Positions 49,101 to 57,336 of a stretch of 57,336 nt of DNA are shown here, one piece after another; positions within the stretch are counted from its first letter, which is position 1; each line of letters starts with the position of its first letter. The translations under genes and the position numbers were made by a program. Where the stretch lies: IMG/VR virus record IMGVR_UViG_3300032329_000679, positions 1 through 57,336 of that record. The stretch is one strand, 5' to 3'. The notes under the pieces were generated by a model. It saw only the letters and a list, made by a program, of their open reading frames with translations. It did no database searches and was not told the origin of the DNA. Source of the DNA: a virus (taxonomy: Duplodnaviria > Caudoviricetes).

Positions 49101-50072
49101 ATGACAGATCGTTCAAAATTCGAGCAGATGCTTGAGCACCTTATCAATGACAATGAGGCCAAAGCACGTGAATTATTTCATGACATCGTAGTAGCTAAAT
49201 CCCGTGAGATTTATGAGAATCTACTAGCTGATGATTTTGAAGAAGAGGAAACAGAAGAAGGCATGGACATGATGGGCGGTATGCCTGAAGAAGAAGCCAT
49301 GGGCGGTGACGAAACCGATGACATGTTAGGCGATGTTGAATCCGATGACGACATGGGCGGCGATGAGTTCGGTGGTGACGACATGGGTGGTGATGAGTTC
49401 GGCGGCGATGACGACATGGGCATGGGCGGCGAAGAAGAATTAGGCGATCGTTTAGACGACCTAGAAGCAGAATTAGAGGCCCTTAAGGATGAGTTTGAAA
49501 GCCTAATGGGTGGTGAAGAAGGCGAAGAAGGCGAGTTCGGCGGCGACGACATGGGCGGTGATGACATGGGCGGCGACGAGTTCGGTGGTGAAGAGGAAGA
49601 AGAGGAAGGCGAAGAAGAGAGCATGTACTTCGAGAAGCGTGACGAAGATGAAGAAGAGGAAGAATCAGATGATGAACAGACTGACGAAGACTTCATTCGT
49701 GAGTATGTAGAAAAAGTTGGTGGTGGTAAAGACTATACTAGCTTTGGAAAAATGGGTGACGACGGTGTAAACACCAAGTCAATCGTAGCTGGTAAGAATG
49801 ACATGGGCGGTACAGCTAAGAATTTAAATCAAGGCGGTACAGAGACTCCAACATTTGCTAATCAAGGACAATTGAAAGGCACTGGTGTATTCAAAGGCAG
49901 CAAGCCACAGCTACAAGATGGTGGAAACATTAATGTTCCAGGCGGAAAGGCTGGTAAGACAGCATTTAAGAAGAAAGAGCCAGGACATGGGGCTGAGAAG
50001 AAGAGCACAGGTGACAATGGTGACAGAAGTGCTGACAGTCCAATCAATGGCGCTCCAGGAAGAGCAAAGTAA
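49101..50072 (+). CDS. highly acidic prohead core/scaffold-associated protein
   Basis: Asp/Glu-rich with GGDDMGGDEF repeats; sits between portal and protease (T4 gp67/68 position). Confidence 0.65.
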   Translation: MTDRSKFEQMLEHLINDNEAKARELFHDIVVAKSREIYENLLADDFEEEETEEGMDMMGGMPEEEAMGGDETDDMLGDVESDDDMGGDEFGGDDMGGDEFGGDDDMGMGGEEELGDRLDDLEAELEALKDEFESLMGGEEGEEGEFGGDDMGGDDMGGDEFGGEEEEEEGEEESMYFEKRDEDEEEEESDDEQTDEDFIREYVEKVGGGKDYTSFGKMGDDGVNTKSIVAGKNDMGGTAKNLNQGGTETPTFANQGQLKGTGVFKGSKPQLQDGGNINVPGGKAGKTAFKKKEPGHGAEKKSTGDNGDRSADSPINGAPGRAK

Positions 50073-50080
50073 ACATATAG

Positions 50081-50707
50081 ATGAACTACTTACGTGAAAA
50101 TCTCAGTTTCGACCAAGCCCGCATGGTGGTCGAATCTGACGGCCAAGACGGCAAAAACCTTTACATGAAGGGTATCTGCATTCAGGGAGGCATCAAAAAT
50201 GCCAACCAGAGAGTATATCCTGTAGATGAAATTGAAAGAGCTGTCAAAACTTTGAATGATCAAATTACAGGCGGATATAGCGTTTTGGGCGAAGTAGATC
50301 ATCCAGATGACTTAAAGATCAATTTGGACCGTGTGTCACACATGATTACTGAAATGTGGATGGACGGTCCAAATGGTTATGGAAAATTCAAGATATTGCC
50401 AACACCCATGGGCCAACTAGTGCGTACTATGTTGGAAAGTGGAGTCAAGTTGGGAGTGTCTAGCAGAGGTTCTGGCAACGTCAGCGGTGATGGCACTGGC
50501 AAAGTCAGCGATTTTGAGATCATTACAGTAGATGTGGTGGCTCAACCTAGTGCTCCTGGAGCATATCCTACACCAATTTATGAACACATTATGAATGCCA
50601 GAGGTGGTTATAATGCTTTGCGCATAGCGAAAGAGGTTAAGGGTGATTCGAAAGCACAAAAATACATCAAAGAGAGTTTATTAGAAATAATAAACAAACT
50701 CCACTAA
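50081..50707 (+). CDS. gp21: prohead protease, T4 gp21-like
   Basis: N.NQRVYP, LGEVDHP, GVSSRGSG and DVVAQPSAP motifs. Confidence 0.93.
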   Translation: MNYLRENLSFDQARMVVESDGQDGKNLYMKGICIQGGIKNANQRVYPVDEIERAVKTLNDQITGGYSVLGEVDHPDDLKINLDRVSHMITEMWMDGPNGYGKFKILPTPMGQLVRTMLESGVKLGVSSRGSGNVSGDGTGKVSDFEIITVDVVAQPSAPGAYPTPIYEHIMNARGGYNALRIAKEVKGDSKAQKYIKESLLEIINKLH

Positions 50708-50719
50708 AAGGAGAATCAC

Positions 50720-51820
50720 ATGTTGGACGTATTGAAAGGCTTATTTGAAAACAATGTGGTTAGCGAAAGTGTTAAGGCTCAAATTGAAGAGGCTTGGGAG
50801 GCTCGCATTGCCGAGAATCGTGAGCAAGTAACTCAACAATTAAGAGAAGAATTCAGTCAACGTTATGAGCATGATCGTCGGGTCATGGTTGAAGCTATCG
50901 ATCGTATGATCGGTGATCAATTGGCTCCTGAGATTGCTGAATTTGCTGAAGACCGTGCTCAACTTGCCGAAGCTAAGGCCAAGTATGCAGTTAAAATGAA
51001 ACAAGACAGTGCAAAATTAAAAGAATTCGTTCTTAGAAGTTTAGCTGGCGAAGTGAAAGAATTGCATGAAGACCAAAAAGTTATGGCAGGCAAATTTTTC
51101 AAGTTAGAAGAATTTGTAGTTGAAGCGCTCGCTAATGAAATTGCAGAATTTTATGCAGATAAGAAAGATCTAGCAGCTACCAAGGTCAAGTTGATCAAGG
51201 AAGGTCGTATTGCATTAGATCAGATGAAGAAACAATTTGTCAAACGTGCTGCCGTAATGGTTGAAGGTTTAGTCACTAAGAACTTGAATAGAGAATTAGT
51301 ACAACTAAAAGAAGATATTGAAGCAGCAAGAAAGGCAGATTTTGGACGTAGAATATTTGAAGCGTTTAGTAATGAATATCAATCCAGCTACTTGAATGAG
51401 AAATCAGAAACAAGTAAATTACTCAAAGTCGTTAATAAAAAGGACTATGAGATTGCTGAAGCACACACTGTACTATCAAAGGCTCAAAAGGTCATTGAAA
51501 GCAAGCAGACAGAAATTCGTGTACTAAAAGAAAGCATTCAAAGAAAGGCAATCATGAGTGAGCTATTGGCTCCATTGAACTCAGAACAAAAGGGAATTAT
51601 GAGCGAGCTTTTGGAAACTGTTCAAACTCAGAGATTGAATGAAAGTTTTAACAAGTATTTGCCAACCGTTATCGACGGTGGCGGTGCTCCAAAAAGAAGA
51701 CAGGCACTTGTAGAGGCAAAAGAAATTACCGGTAACAAGGTTACCAGAGAAACAACAACAACAATCAGCAGCGAGCCCGATAGTAACATCGTTGATATCC
51801 GTCGCCTGGCTGGACTATAA
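50720..51820 (+). CDS. gp22: prohead scaffolding protein, gp22-like
   Basis: Coiled-coil protein between protease and capsid, ending IRRLAGL; AGGAG SD. Confidence 0.8.
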   Translation: MLDVLKGLFENNVVSESVKAQIEEAWEARIAENREQVTQQLREEFSQRYEHDRRVMVEAIDRMIGDQLAPEIAEFAEDRAQLAEAKAKYAVKMKQDSAKLKEFVLRSLAGEVKELHEDQKVMAGKFFKLEEFVVEALANEIAEFYADKKDLAATKVKLIKEGRIALDQMKKQFVKRAAVMVEGLVTKNLNRELVQLKEDIEAARKADFGRRIFEAFSNEYQSSYLNEKSETSKLLKVVNKKDYEIAEAHTVLSKAQKVIESKQTEIRVLKESIQRKAIMSELLAPLNSEQKGIMSELLETVQTQRLNESFNKYLPTVIDGGGAPKRRQALVEAKEITGNKVTRETTTTISSEPDSNIVDIRRLAGL

Positions 51821-51836
51821 TTAAGGAGATTATATA

Positions 51837-53015
51837 ATGTCACAACTACTAACAAGTCGTTGGCAGGAGACCAAAGAGGCTCTATTAGAGGGTCTTCAAG
51901 GTACAAAGAAATCAGTGATGGGTGTTACTTTAGAAAATACACGTAAGTATTTGGCAGAGAGCGCAACAGCTGGTGGTACCTCTGCTGGCAACGTAGCAAC
52001 ACTAAACCGCGTGATTCTTCCAGTAATCCGTCGCGTTATGCCAACCGTTATTGCTAACGAGTTACTAGGCGTACAACCAATGACTGGACCAGTTGGTCAA
52101 ATCCATACTCTACGTGTTCGTTATAGCGACAGCGTCAATGCCAATGGTGACGTTGTTGGTGTAACAGCAGGTGAAGAGGCACTAAGTCCATTCAAGATTG
52201 CTGAGCAGTATTCCGGTGCTAACACTGGTAAGGCTGCAAGTACAGCAGCTCTTGAAGGCGTAGCTGGAAAGCGTATGAGCATTCAAATCCTCAAGCAAAC
52301 AGTTGAAGCTAAGACACGTAAGCTATCAGCTCGTTGGACATTTGAGGCAGCTCAAGACGCACAGGCCCAACAAGGTATTGACATCGAAGCTGAAATCATG
52401 GCAGCTCTAGCACAAGAAATTACTGCTGAGATTGACCAAGAGATCCTAGCAAGCCTAAACAGCTTGGCAGGTGCAGCAGCGTTGACATACAACCAAGCAC
52501 AGGTCAGTGGTACAGCCACATTCGTTGGTGACGAACATGCTGCTCTAGCAGTTCAAATCAACCGTGTTGCAAACATCATTGCACAGCGTACACGTCGTGG
52601 CGCTGGTAACTGGGCAGTTGTAAGTCCATTTACACTAACAATTCTACAAAGCGCAACAACATCAGCTTTTGCACGTACCACTGAAGGTACATTCGAAGCT
52701 CCAACAAACACCAAGTTTGTTGGTACACTAAACGGCGCAATGAAGATTTATGTTAACACATATGCTCAAGATAGTGCTGATATCCTTATTGGATACAAAG
52801 GTACTAGCGAAAGTGATGCAGCAGCATTCTATTGCCCATACATTCCATTGATGAGCAGTGGTGTTGTACTAGATCCAACAACATTCGAACCAGTCGTAAG
52901 CTTTATGACACGTTATGGATATGTTGAACTAAGCAATACAGCAAGTTCTCTTGGTAACGCAGCAGACTACCTAGGTAAAGTAGGTATTAATAGTGGAAAC
53001 GTTAAGTTCAGCTAA
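51837..53015 (+). CDS. gp23: major capsid protein, T4 gp23-like
   Basis: GVQPMTGPVGQI, VEAKTRKLSARWT.E.AQD, FYCPYIPL and FMTRYG motifs. Confidence 0.96.
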   Translation: MSQLLTSRWQETKEALLEGLQGTKKSVMGVTLENTRKYLAESATAGGTSAGNVATLNRVILPVIRRVMPTVIANELLGVQPMTGPVGQIHTLRVRYSDSVNANGDVVGVTAGEEALSPFKIAEQYSGANTGKAASTAALEGVAGKRMSIQILKQTVEAKTRKLSARWTFEAAQDAQAQQGIDIEAEIMAALAQEITAEIDQEILASLNSLAGAAALTYNQAQVSGTATFVGDEHAALAVQINRVANIIAQRTRRGAGNWAVVSPFTLTILQSATTSAFARTTEGTFEAPTNTKFVGTLNGAMKIYVNTYAQDSADILIGYKGTSESDAAAFYCPYIPLMSSGVVLDPTTFEPVVSFMTRYGYVELSNTASSLGNAADYLGKVGINSGNVKFS

Positions 53016-53044
53016 TCTGCACTAGTTATTTTAGAGTAACTTTT

Positions 53045-53072
53045 AAAAGGCACTATTCGTAGTGCCTTTTTT
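53045..53072 (+). terminator. rho-independent terminator after the capsid gene
   Basis: AAAAGGCACTA-TTCG-TAGTGCCTTTTTT. Confidence 0.9.
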
Positions 53073-53079
53073 ATGATTG

Positions 53080-53087
53080 AATAAATA
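53080..53087 (+). promoter_or_regulatory. late promoter AATAAATA
   Basis: Just after the terminator, 5 nt before ATG 53093. Confidence 0.6.
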
Positions 53088-53092
53088 TCTTC

Positions 53093-53758
53093 ATGATAAT
53101 AGAATTACATATTTTTACAAATTCCACAGTACATGCACCGTCAACTAAGCATATTGAAAATACCTATAAGTCATTTATGGATACTTTCAAATATAAAGTT
53201 AAAACTACAATTTGGTGCGATCGCAATCCCAATGTGGAAGCATCAGAAGAATATATTAACAATTTAAAAAAAATATTTCCCATAGTCAATCATGAAGTCG
53301 GCGGTCTCAGTCACGGATATCATTTAGCAGCTAAAACTAGTAATTCTGAATTTTTAATTATGTTAGAACATGATTGGGATTTTATTGCTGAAAATATTCA
53401 TCATACACTGCCACAACTCATAGACGGTATGCGTAAAGATAATATTCTACATTTAAGATTTAACCGTAGGCCACAAGGCAACATATCTATGGAAATGGAT
53501 ACGGGATTGTTGCCAGTCAAAGGTAAAGTTTTTGATTTCTGCACTACTCCGTTATTGGGTAATAATCCTCATATTATTAATAGACAACGTTGGTTAGATG
53601 AAGCTACCAAACATACTCATTACATGGGGTTTGGTGGTGCATATGGTTTAGAAGAATACTTACATGCCAGCCCTTTAATAGGTGCTCTTTATGGTCCACT
53701 AGGGCATCCCCCTACAATATATCACACAGACGGCAAACATCTAACTAGACAGTATTGA
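53093..53758 (+). CDS. GT-A fold (GT2-like) glycosyltransferase
   Basis: FLIMLEHDWDF (ExD), LRFN, NNPHI and a C-terminal YHTDG. Confidence 0.6.
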   Translation: MIIELHIFTNSTVHAPSTKHIENTYKSFMDTFKYKVKTTIWCDRNPNVEASEEYINNLKKIFPIVNHEVGGLSHGYHLAAKTSNSEFLIMLEHDWDFIAENIHHTLPQLIDGMRKDNILHLRFNRRPQGNISMEMDTGLLPVKGKVFDFCTTPLLGNNPHIINRQRWLDEATKHTHYMGFGGAYGLEEYLHASPLIGALYGPLGHPPTIYHTDGKHLTRQY

Positions 53759-53824
53759 TAAATAAATTGTCTAAAGGATTTATGCGGTACCCACCGCGTA
53801 GGCTTAGAACGCCATTTAGAGGAG
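53757..53824 (+). promoter_or_regulatory. late promoter GATAAATA (53757-53764) followed by a structured 5' leader
   Basis: TCTAAA/TTTAGA closing helix and TATGCGGT-ACCC-ACCGCGTA hairpin before the GGAG SD. Confidence 0.6.
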
Positions 53825-53830
53825 AAAAAA

Positions 53831-54877
53831 ATGGGACGTCCGTTAAACAAGAGATACTTTGGGGCTGATGCCAATAACAATATTAAGGTTCAGTTCTTTA
53901 ATGGTACAGTTAGTGTACCGGGATATATTGTAAAACAATTAGGAAGTAAAAAATTCCTATGTTCAGATGCAGATGGCAATACTGCTATTTGCTATATTGT
54001 TGAAAAAGCCAGTGCTGACTTAGCTGATGGCGAAATGACTATCACAGTCAAGTATGATAATGGTGATACAGCACAGATTACTAAAATTGCTGCACACCTA
54101 GTTACAGCAAATGATCATCAAGAACCTTGGACATTCACAGTTAGTAATAGTGATGGATTTGTACAAATTGAGGAAGCAGGCACAAATACTGCTATGTCTG
54201 GTGCAACTAACTTAGAGGGTGATGACTTTACAGGTGATAGAGATTATCCAGCTCCTGGGTCTGGTACATATGTAGCTTCTGCTGATATTACAGCCACATA
54301 TAGTGCATGGGGAACTCCTGCTAATATCAGTACAACTGGTAGCTTGACAACAATTCCTAACAGCGTTAGTGGATTGTATAGAACCAAGTGGAAAGGCATG
54401 ATGCTTGGAGCACCTGAATCAGTTCCAGATGATTGGGATATGACTTTCCCTAATGCCAATTATCAATTTGTTAAAGGTACAACTGATACATATGGAGGAT
54501 TTGGTGCTCAAAATGACGTAGCCCCAAATACACAATTCAGTTTAGAATGGAAAGGATATATCAAAGTGCCAACAACACAGGCTTGGAACTTTGTTTTTAA
54601 CGTAGATGATAATGTAGCTATGTGGATCGGTCCAAATGCCAAAACCCCAACTAAAACTAATTTTCATGCTTGGTTATCTGGCGGAAATCAAACCACCGAT
54701 GGACATGCCACAAATGGAGTTATTTTAAATAGTGCCAAATGGTATCCAATCAGAATTTGGTTCTCAGAAAACACTGGCAGTTGCAAAATGCAAGTTTTTG
54801 CAATTGGTGCAAATGGTACAAAACTAAACGGTTCAGATTTGCAATTTGCCTATAATGGCACAACACTAGGATATTAA
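53831..54877 (+). CDS. putative capsid decoration/fibre protein with a C-terminal PA14-like domain
   Basis: N-terminus MGRPLNKRYFG. C-terminus FSLEWKGYIKVP...DDNVAMWIG...WYPIRIWFSE fits the PA14 pattern. Confidence 0.6.
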   Translation: MGRPLNKRYFGADANNNIKVQFFNGTVSVPGYIVKQLGSKKFLCSDADGNTAICYIVEKASADLADGEMTITVKYDNGDTAQITKIAAHLVTANDHQEPWTFTVSNSDGFVQIEEAGTNTAMSGATNLEGDDFTGDRDYPAPGSGTYVASADITATYSAWGTPANISTTGSLTTIPNSVSGLYRTKWKGMMLGAPESVPDDWDMTFPNANYQFVKGTTDTYGGFGAQNDVAPNTQFSLEWKGYIKVPTTQAWNFVFNVDDNVAMWIGPNAKTPTKTNFHAWLSGGNQTTDGHATNGVILNSAKWYPIRIWFSENTGSCKMQVFAIGANGTKLNGSDLQFAYNGTTLGY

Positions 54878-54879
54878 TC

Positions 54880-55263
54880 ATGGGACGTCCATTAAGTAAA
54901 GATGTAAACGGTGTCAAGGTAATTGGCACATTCACAGGTGATGCTGGTATTAAAGTAACAGGCAGATTTGGTGGCAATACTTATACTGACTATTATATTG
55001 TCAAACAACGTGGTGCTAAAACTTATGTTGTTACAAGAGATGGTACAACATATCAAACTGGTGTATTAGTATCAAGTATTGCCAATAATGGTGATATTTT
55101 AATCACAGGTTCAATTGGCGGCGGCACTACCCCAGGTACAACTGCTATTGCCAAATTAACTAAAAGATTAGCCACAGATTTTAGTTCAAATACCTATACT
55201 TGGTACTTGAAAAATTATCAAGATAGCACAGGTGATTTAATTTTATTAACGCCAACAACCTAA
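54880..55263 (+). CDS. putative decoration protein, paralog of the N-terminal domain of 53831..54877
   Basis: MGRPLSK...YIVKQRGAK aligns with MGRPLNK...YIVKQLGSK; AIAKL aligns with QITKI. Confidence 0.6.
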   Translation: MGRPLSKDVNGVKVIGTFTGDAGIKVTGRFGGNTYTDYYIVKQRGAKTYVVTRDGTTYQTGVLVSSIANNGDILITGSIGGGTTPGTTAIAKLTKRLATDFSSNTYTWYLKNYQDSTGDLILLTPTT

Positions 55264-55264
55264 T

Positions 55265-56344
55265 ATGTCAAAAGTTCTAAGAATTCAGGATGGTGGCTAC
55301 AAGATCATAACAAAGTCTGGTAGTGAGATTAAACTGGACACCGGTGAGTCACAAGGTAAAGTTACCATCACCGGTGATTTGTTCGTCAAGGGTAATACAA
55401 CTTATTTTGATGTAGCAGATCTTAGAATTGAAGATAATATTATTGTACTAAACAAAAATGAATCCGGTGCTGGTATAACTCATCCGGATCGTCAGGCTGG
55501 TGTTATGATTGAAAGAGGTACATTGCCTGATGTTCAATTCTTTTTTGATGAAACAATTCAACATTTTAATCCTTCTTTAGGTCTACATGGTGAAACGGTC
55601 AACGGAACATATGTTTTAAAAAATACCAACGGCAATCTCATCGGATTAAAAATTAATAGCATTAAGACTGACGGCAATAATTTAAATTTCGATCTGGGGA
55701 ATGATGGTGTATTAATGGTAGATCCTTCGGGCAGTAAGGATTATAAATCTCGAGTAATTGATATTAATAGCGTACCAAATTTAGATTTTTTGCAAAAGTA
55801 CGTGGCTGCTGAAGCAGGTAATGCTCTTATTGAAAAATTATATCGTTATCAAACTCTAAGTCCAGGAGTATTTAGACAAACTGGTACAGGAATTCAATCC
55901 TTAGATTTTCAAGCAGGGGATGCCTATACTAGACTAGAATTTTCTGTGTCAGATTTACAAAGTACAAACAAAAAAATAAAAACAATTGTTGATAATAATG
56001 GATTGTTAGTAGGCGATAATACTCCGTCAACTGCTCCTAGGGTAAGAATCAATGGAACAGGAATTAGTACAGAAAATACCAGTTTAGAATCAGGCAACAT
56101 ATTTAAAATAGCACCGGAAGACGGGTTGGTAAATATCGAGTCCCAACTATCTTTTAAACAATTACCAGATACACAAATAAATCCAACTCTTATAGATGGT
56201 CGTACTTTGATATATACTAGGCAAGAGGAAAAAACTGGGGGCACTGGAATTTTTTATATAAAACAGGCGTCTGCAGGTGATACTGTTTCCTCAGGTGAAC
56301 TTATCAGTGCTACTAAAGCATTAGTTTATGGATTGATATTTTAA
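55265..56344 (+). CDS. virion structural/fibre protein
   Basis: ITGDLFVKGNTT...IEDNIIVLNK...AGVMIERG fibre-type motif. Confidence 0.6.
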   Translation: MSKVLRIQDGGYKIITKSGSEIKLDTGESQGKVTITGDLFVKGNTTYFDVADLRIEDNIIVLNKNESGAGITHPDRQAGVMIERGTLPDVQFFFDETIQHFNPSLGLHGETVNGTYVLKNTNGNLIGLKINSIKTDGNNLNFDLGNDGVLMVDPSGSKDYKSRVIDINSVPNLDFLQKYVAAEAGNALIEKLYRYQTLSPGVFRQTGTGIQSLDFQAGDAYTRLEFSVSDLQSTNKKIKTIVDNNGLLVGDNTPSTAPRVRINGTGISTENTSLESGNIFKIAPEDGLVNIESQLSFKQLPDTQINPTLIDGRTLIYTRQEEKTGGTGIFYIKQASAGDTVSSGELISATKALVYGLIF

Positions 56345-56353
56345 GGAATAATA

Positions 56354-56668
56354 ATGACTGTAAAAAGTACGGTACTTGACGGCACAATTCGACCAATATT
56401 AACAGTTGCTCAAAATCAGCAATATGCTGTGACCAGTATGTTTTATTGTAGTACAGCAGTTACAGATAGTGTCTTACAGGTTTATATTGTTGCAAGTGGT
56501 GATACTCCCAGTAATCTTAATAAAATTATACAAGATTTATTAATAACCTCGGGTGATACTTTTACTTTTGATACAGAAAAAATTATTTTAGATTCAGGGG
56601 ATTCTATTCAGGCCACTATTACTGGCGGCAGCATTAGTTGTACTGTAAGTTATGTTAGGGTTGCTTAA
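56354..56668 (+). CDS. small beta-rich virion protein
   Basis: 104 aa with an AAGGA SD, inside the structural operon. Confidence 0.65.
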   Translation: MTVKSTVLDGTIRPILTVAQNQQYAVTSMFYCSTAVTDSVLQVYIVASGDTPSNLNKIIQDLLITSGDTFTFDTEKIILDSGDSIQATITGGSISCTVSYVRVA

Positions 56669-57249
56669 TGAAGTTCCTTAAAACTTATAAAATAAACAAT
56701 AAAAAGGCAAAAGATAAATCTTTTATCTATAGAACTGACCAACAGCTCATTATGGATTCTGTGGTTAGTTTGCGTTTACCAACGGGTACAGGCGATCCGA
56801 ATTTTGCCCCAGGCACTCCTGAGAATCAAAGACCAAATTTACCTTATGCTCAAAATGGTCTATTAAGATATAATTTAAGTTTAGATGCTCTTGAAGTGTT
56901 ACAACAAGGTATATGGTATCAATTAAAAACAAAAACTCCCTTGGCTATCGTCCAGCAATCATTCATACCAACCCCATCTGACCCAATAACAGGCATTACT
57001 TATGTTGATGGTACGGAAATACATTTCGGACCTTTAAAAGGTCAAGCCAATCAGGCACCTGTTGGACCACGTAATATATTAGTCTATATAGAAAACGTTC
57101 CACAAATTCCTATCACTAATTATGATTTGGTTGAAAGCACAGGATTTGTAGGACAGCCTGGTAAAATTTATGCCCAAGGCATTTATCTTGAGTTCTCCAG
57201 CCCAGTTCCGGCTGGCAAAACTGTCACCGTTCTTCACGGATTTGACTAA
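56668..57249 (+). CDS. virion structural protein
   Basis: LRLPTG...QRP...GLLRYN...LEV fibre motif and ILVYIENVPQIP..NY. Confidence 0.6.
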   Translation: MKFLKTYKINNKKAKDKSFIYRTDQQLIMDSVVSLRLPTGTGDPNFAPGTPENQRPNLPYAQNGLLRYNLSLDALEVLQQGIWYQLKTKTPLAIVQQSFIPTPSDPITGITYVDGTEIHFGPLKGQANQAPVGPRNILVYIENVPQIPITNYDLVESTGFVGQPGKIYAQGIYLEFSSPVPAGKTVTVLHGFD

Positions 57250-57265
57250 TATATCTTTGAAATCT

Positions 57266-57336
57266 GATAAATAATTTTGAACAGCCAAGGTAGTTCTTGG
57301 TTGGTCTATTTTACTGTGGTAAACCAGCAAAGAGCC
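57266..57336 (+). promoter_or_regulatory. late promoter GATAAATA (57266-57273) and start of a structured leader, truncated by the window end
   Basis: CAGCCAAGG-TAGT-TCTTGGTTG hairpin at 57282-57303. Confidence 0.5.

Noticed and set aside
49350-49590. GGCGGCGATGAGTTCGGTGGTGACGACATG-type repeats as a CRISPR or DNA-level array
   Set aside because: Degenerate at third codon positions and in frame (GGDDMGGDEF), so they are protein-level low-complexity repeats
49211-49696. 161-aa Ser-rich minus-strand ORF
   Set aside because: Antisense mirror of the Asp/Glu repeats of the acidic core protein
57079-57330. Minus-strand 83-aa ORF
   Set aside because: Overlaps the + strand structural gene and late promoter antisense, and has no recognisable features
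1-57336. Alternative genetic code, or a diversity-generating retroelement acting on the fibres
   Set aside because: Long ORFs are intact in the standard code and TAA, TGA and TAG all act as stops. I saw no reverse transcriptase and no adenine-specific TR/VR pair.

Overview
This window is a 57-kb piece of a large, AT-rich, T4-related (myovirus-type) bacteriophage genome in the standard genetic code. It is mostly the virion morphogenesis region. The minus strand from 1 to 34.8 kb carries a glycosyltransferase-like cluster, three tail-fibre genes sharing an N-terminal module, a 4285-aa baseplate/wedge protein and gp6/gp25/gp5/hub/gp53/gp48-like baseplate genes. The plus strand from 34.8 kb carries a sigma70-driven gp55 late sigma factor, the gp47/gp46 (Mre11/Rad50-like) nuclease, an Hc1-like small protein and a stand-alone GIY-YIG protein. 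After a short minus-strand gp51/gp26 pair come the tape measure, portal, prohead core, protease, scaffold and major capsid genes, then head/neck fibre genes, with glycan-modifying enzyme genes interleaved. The best candidate for a new system is a ~460-nt, ORF-free, heavily structured element (39161-39615) starting right after the GIY-YIG stop codon. It has G-U-containing helices, GNRA loops and a predicted pseudoknot, and is preceded by a strand-biased cluster of GGCA motifs. It could be a large ncRNA partner of the nuclease or an RNA-primed replication origin. Also seen: T4-type late promoters placed exactly 5 nt before several ATGs (leaderless late mRNAs), structured late 5' leaders, and a putative virion glycosylation system. 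All product calls come from motif recognition and gene order, not from database searches.
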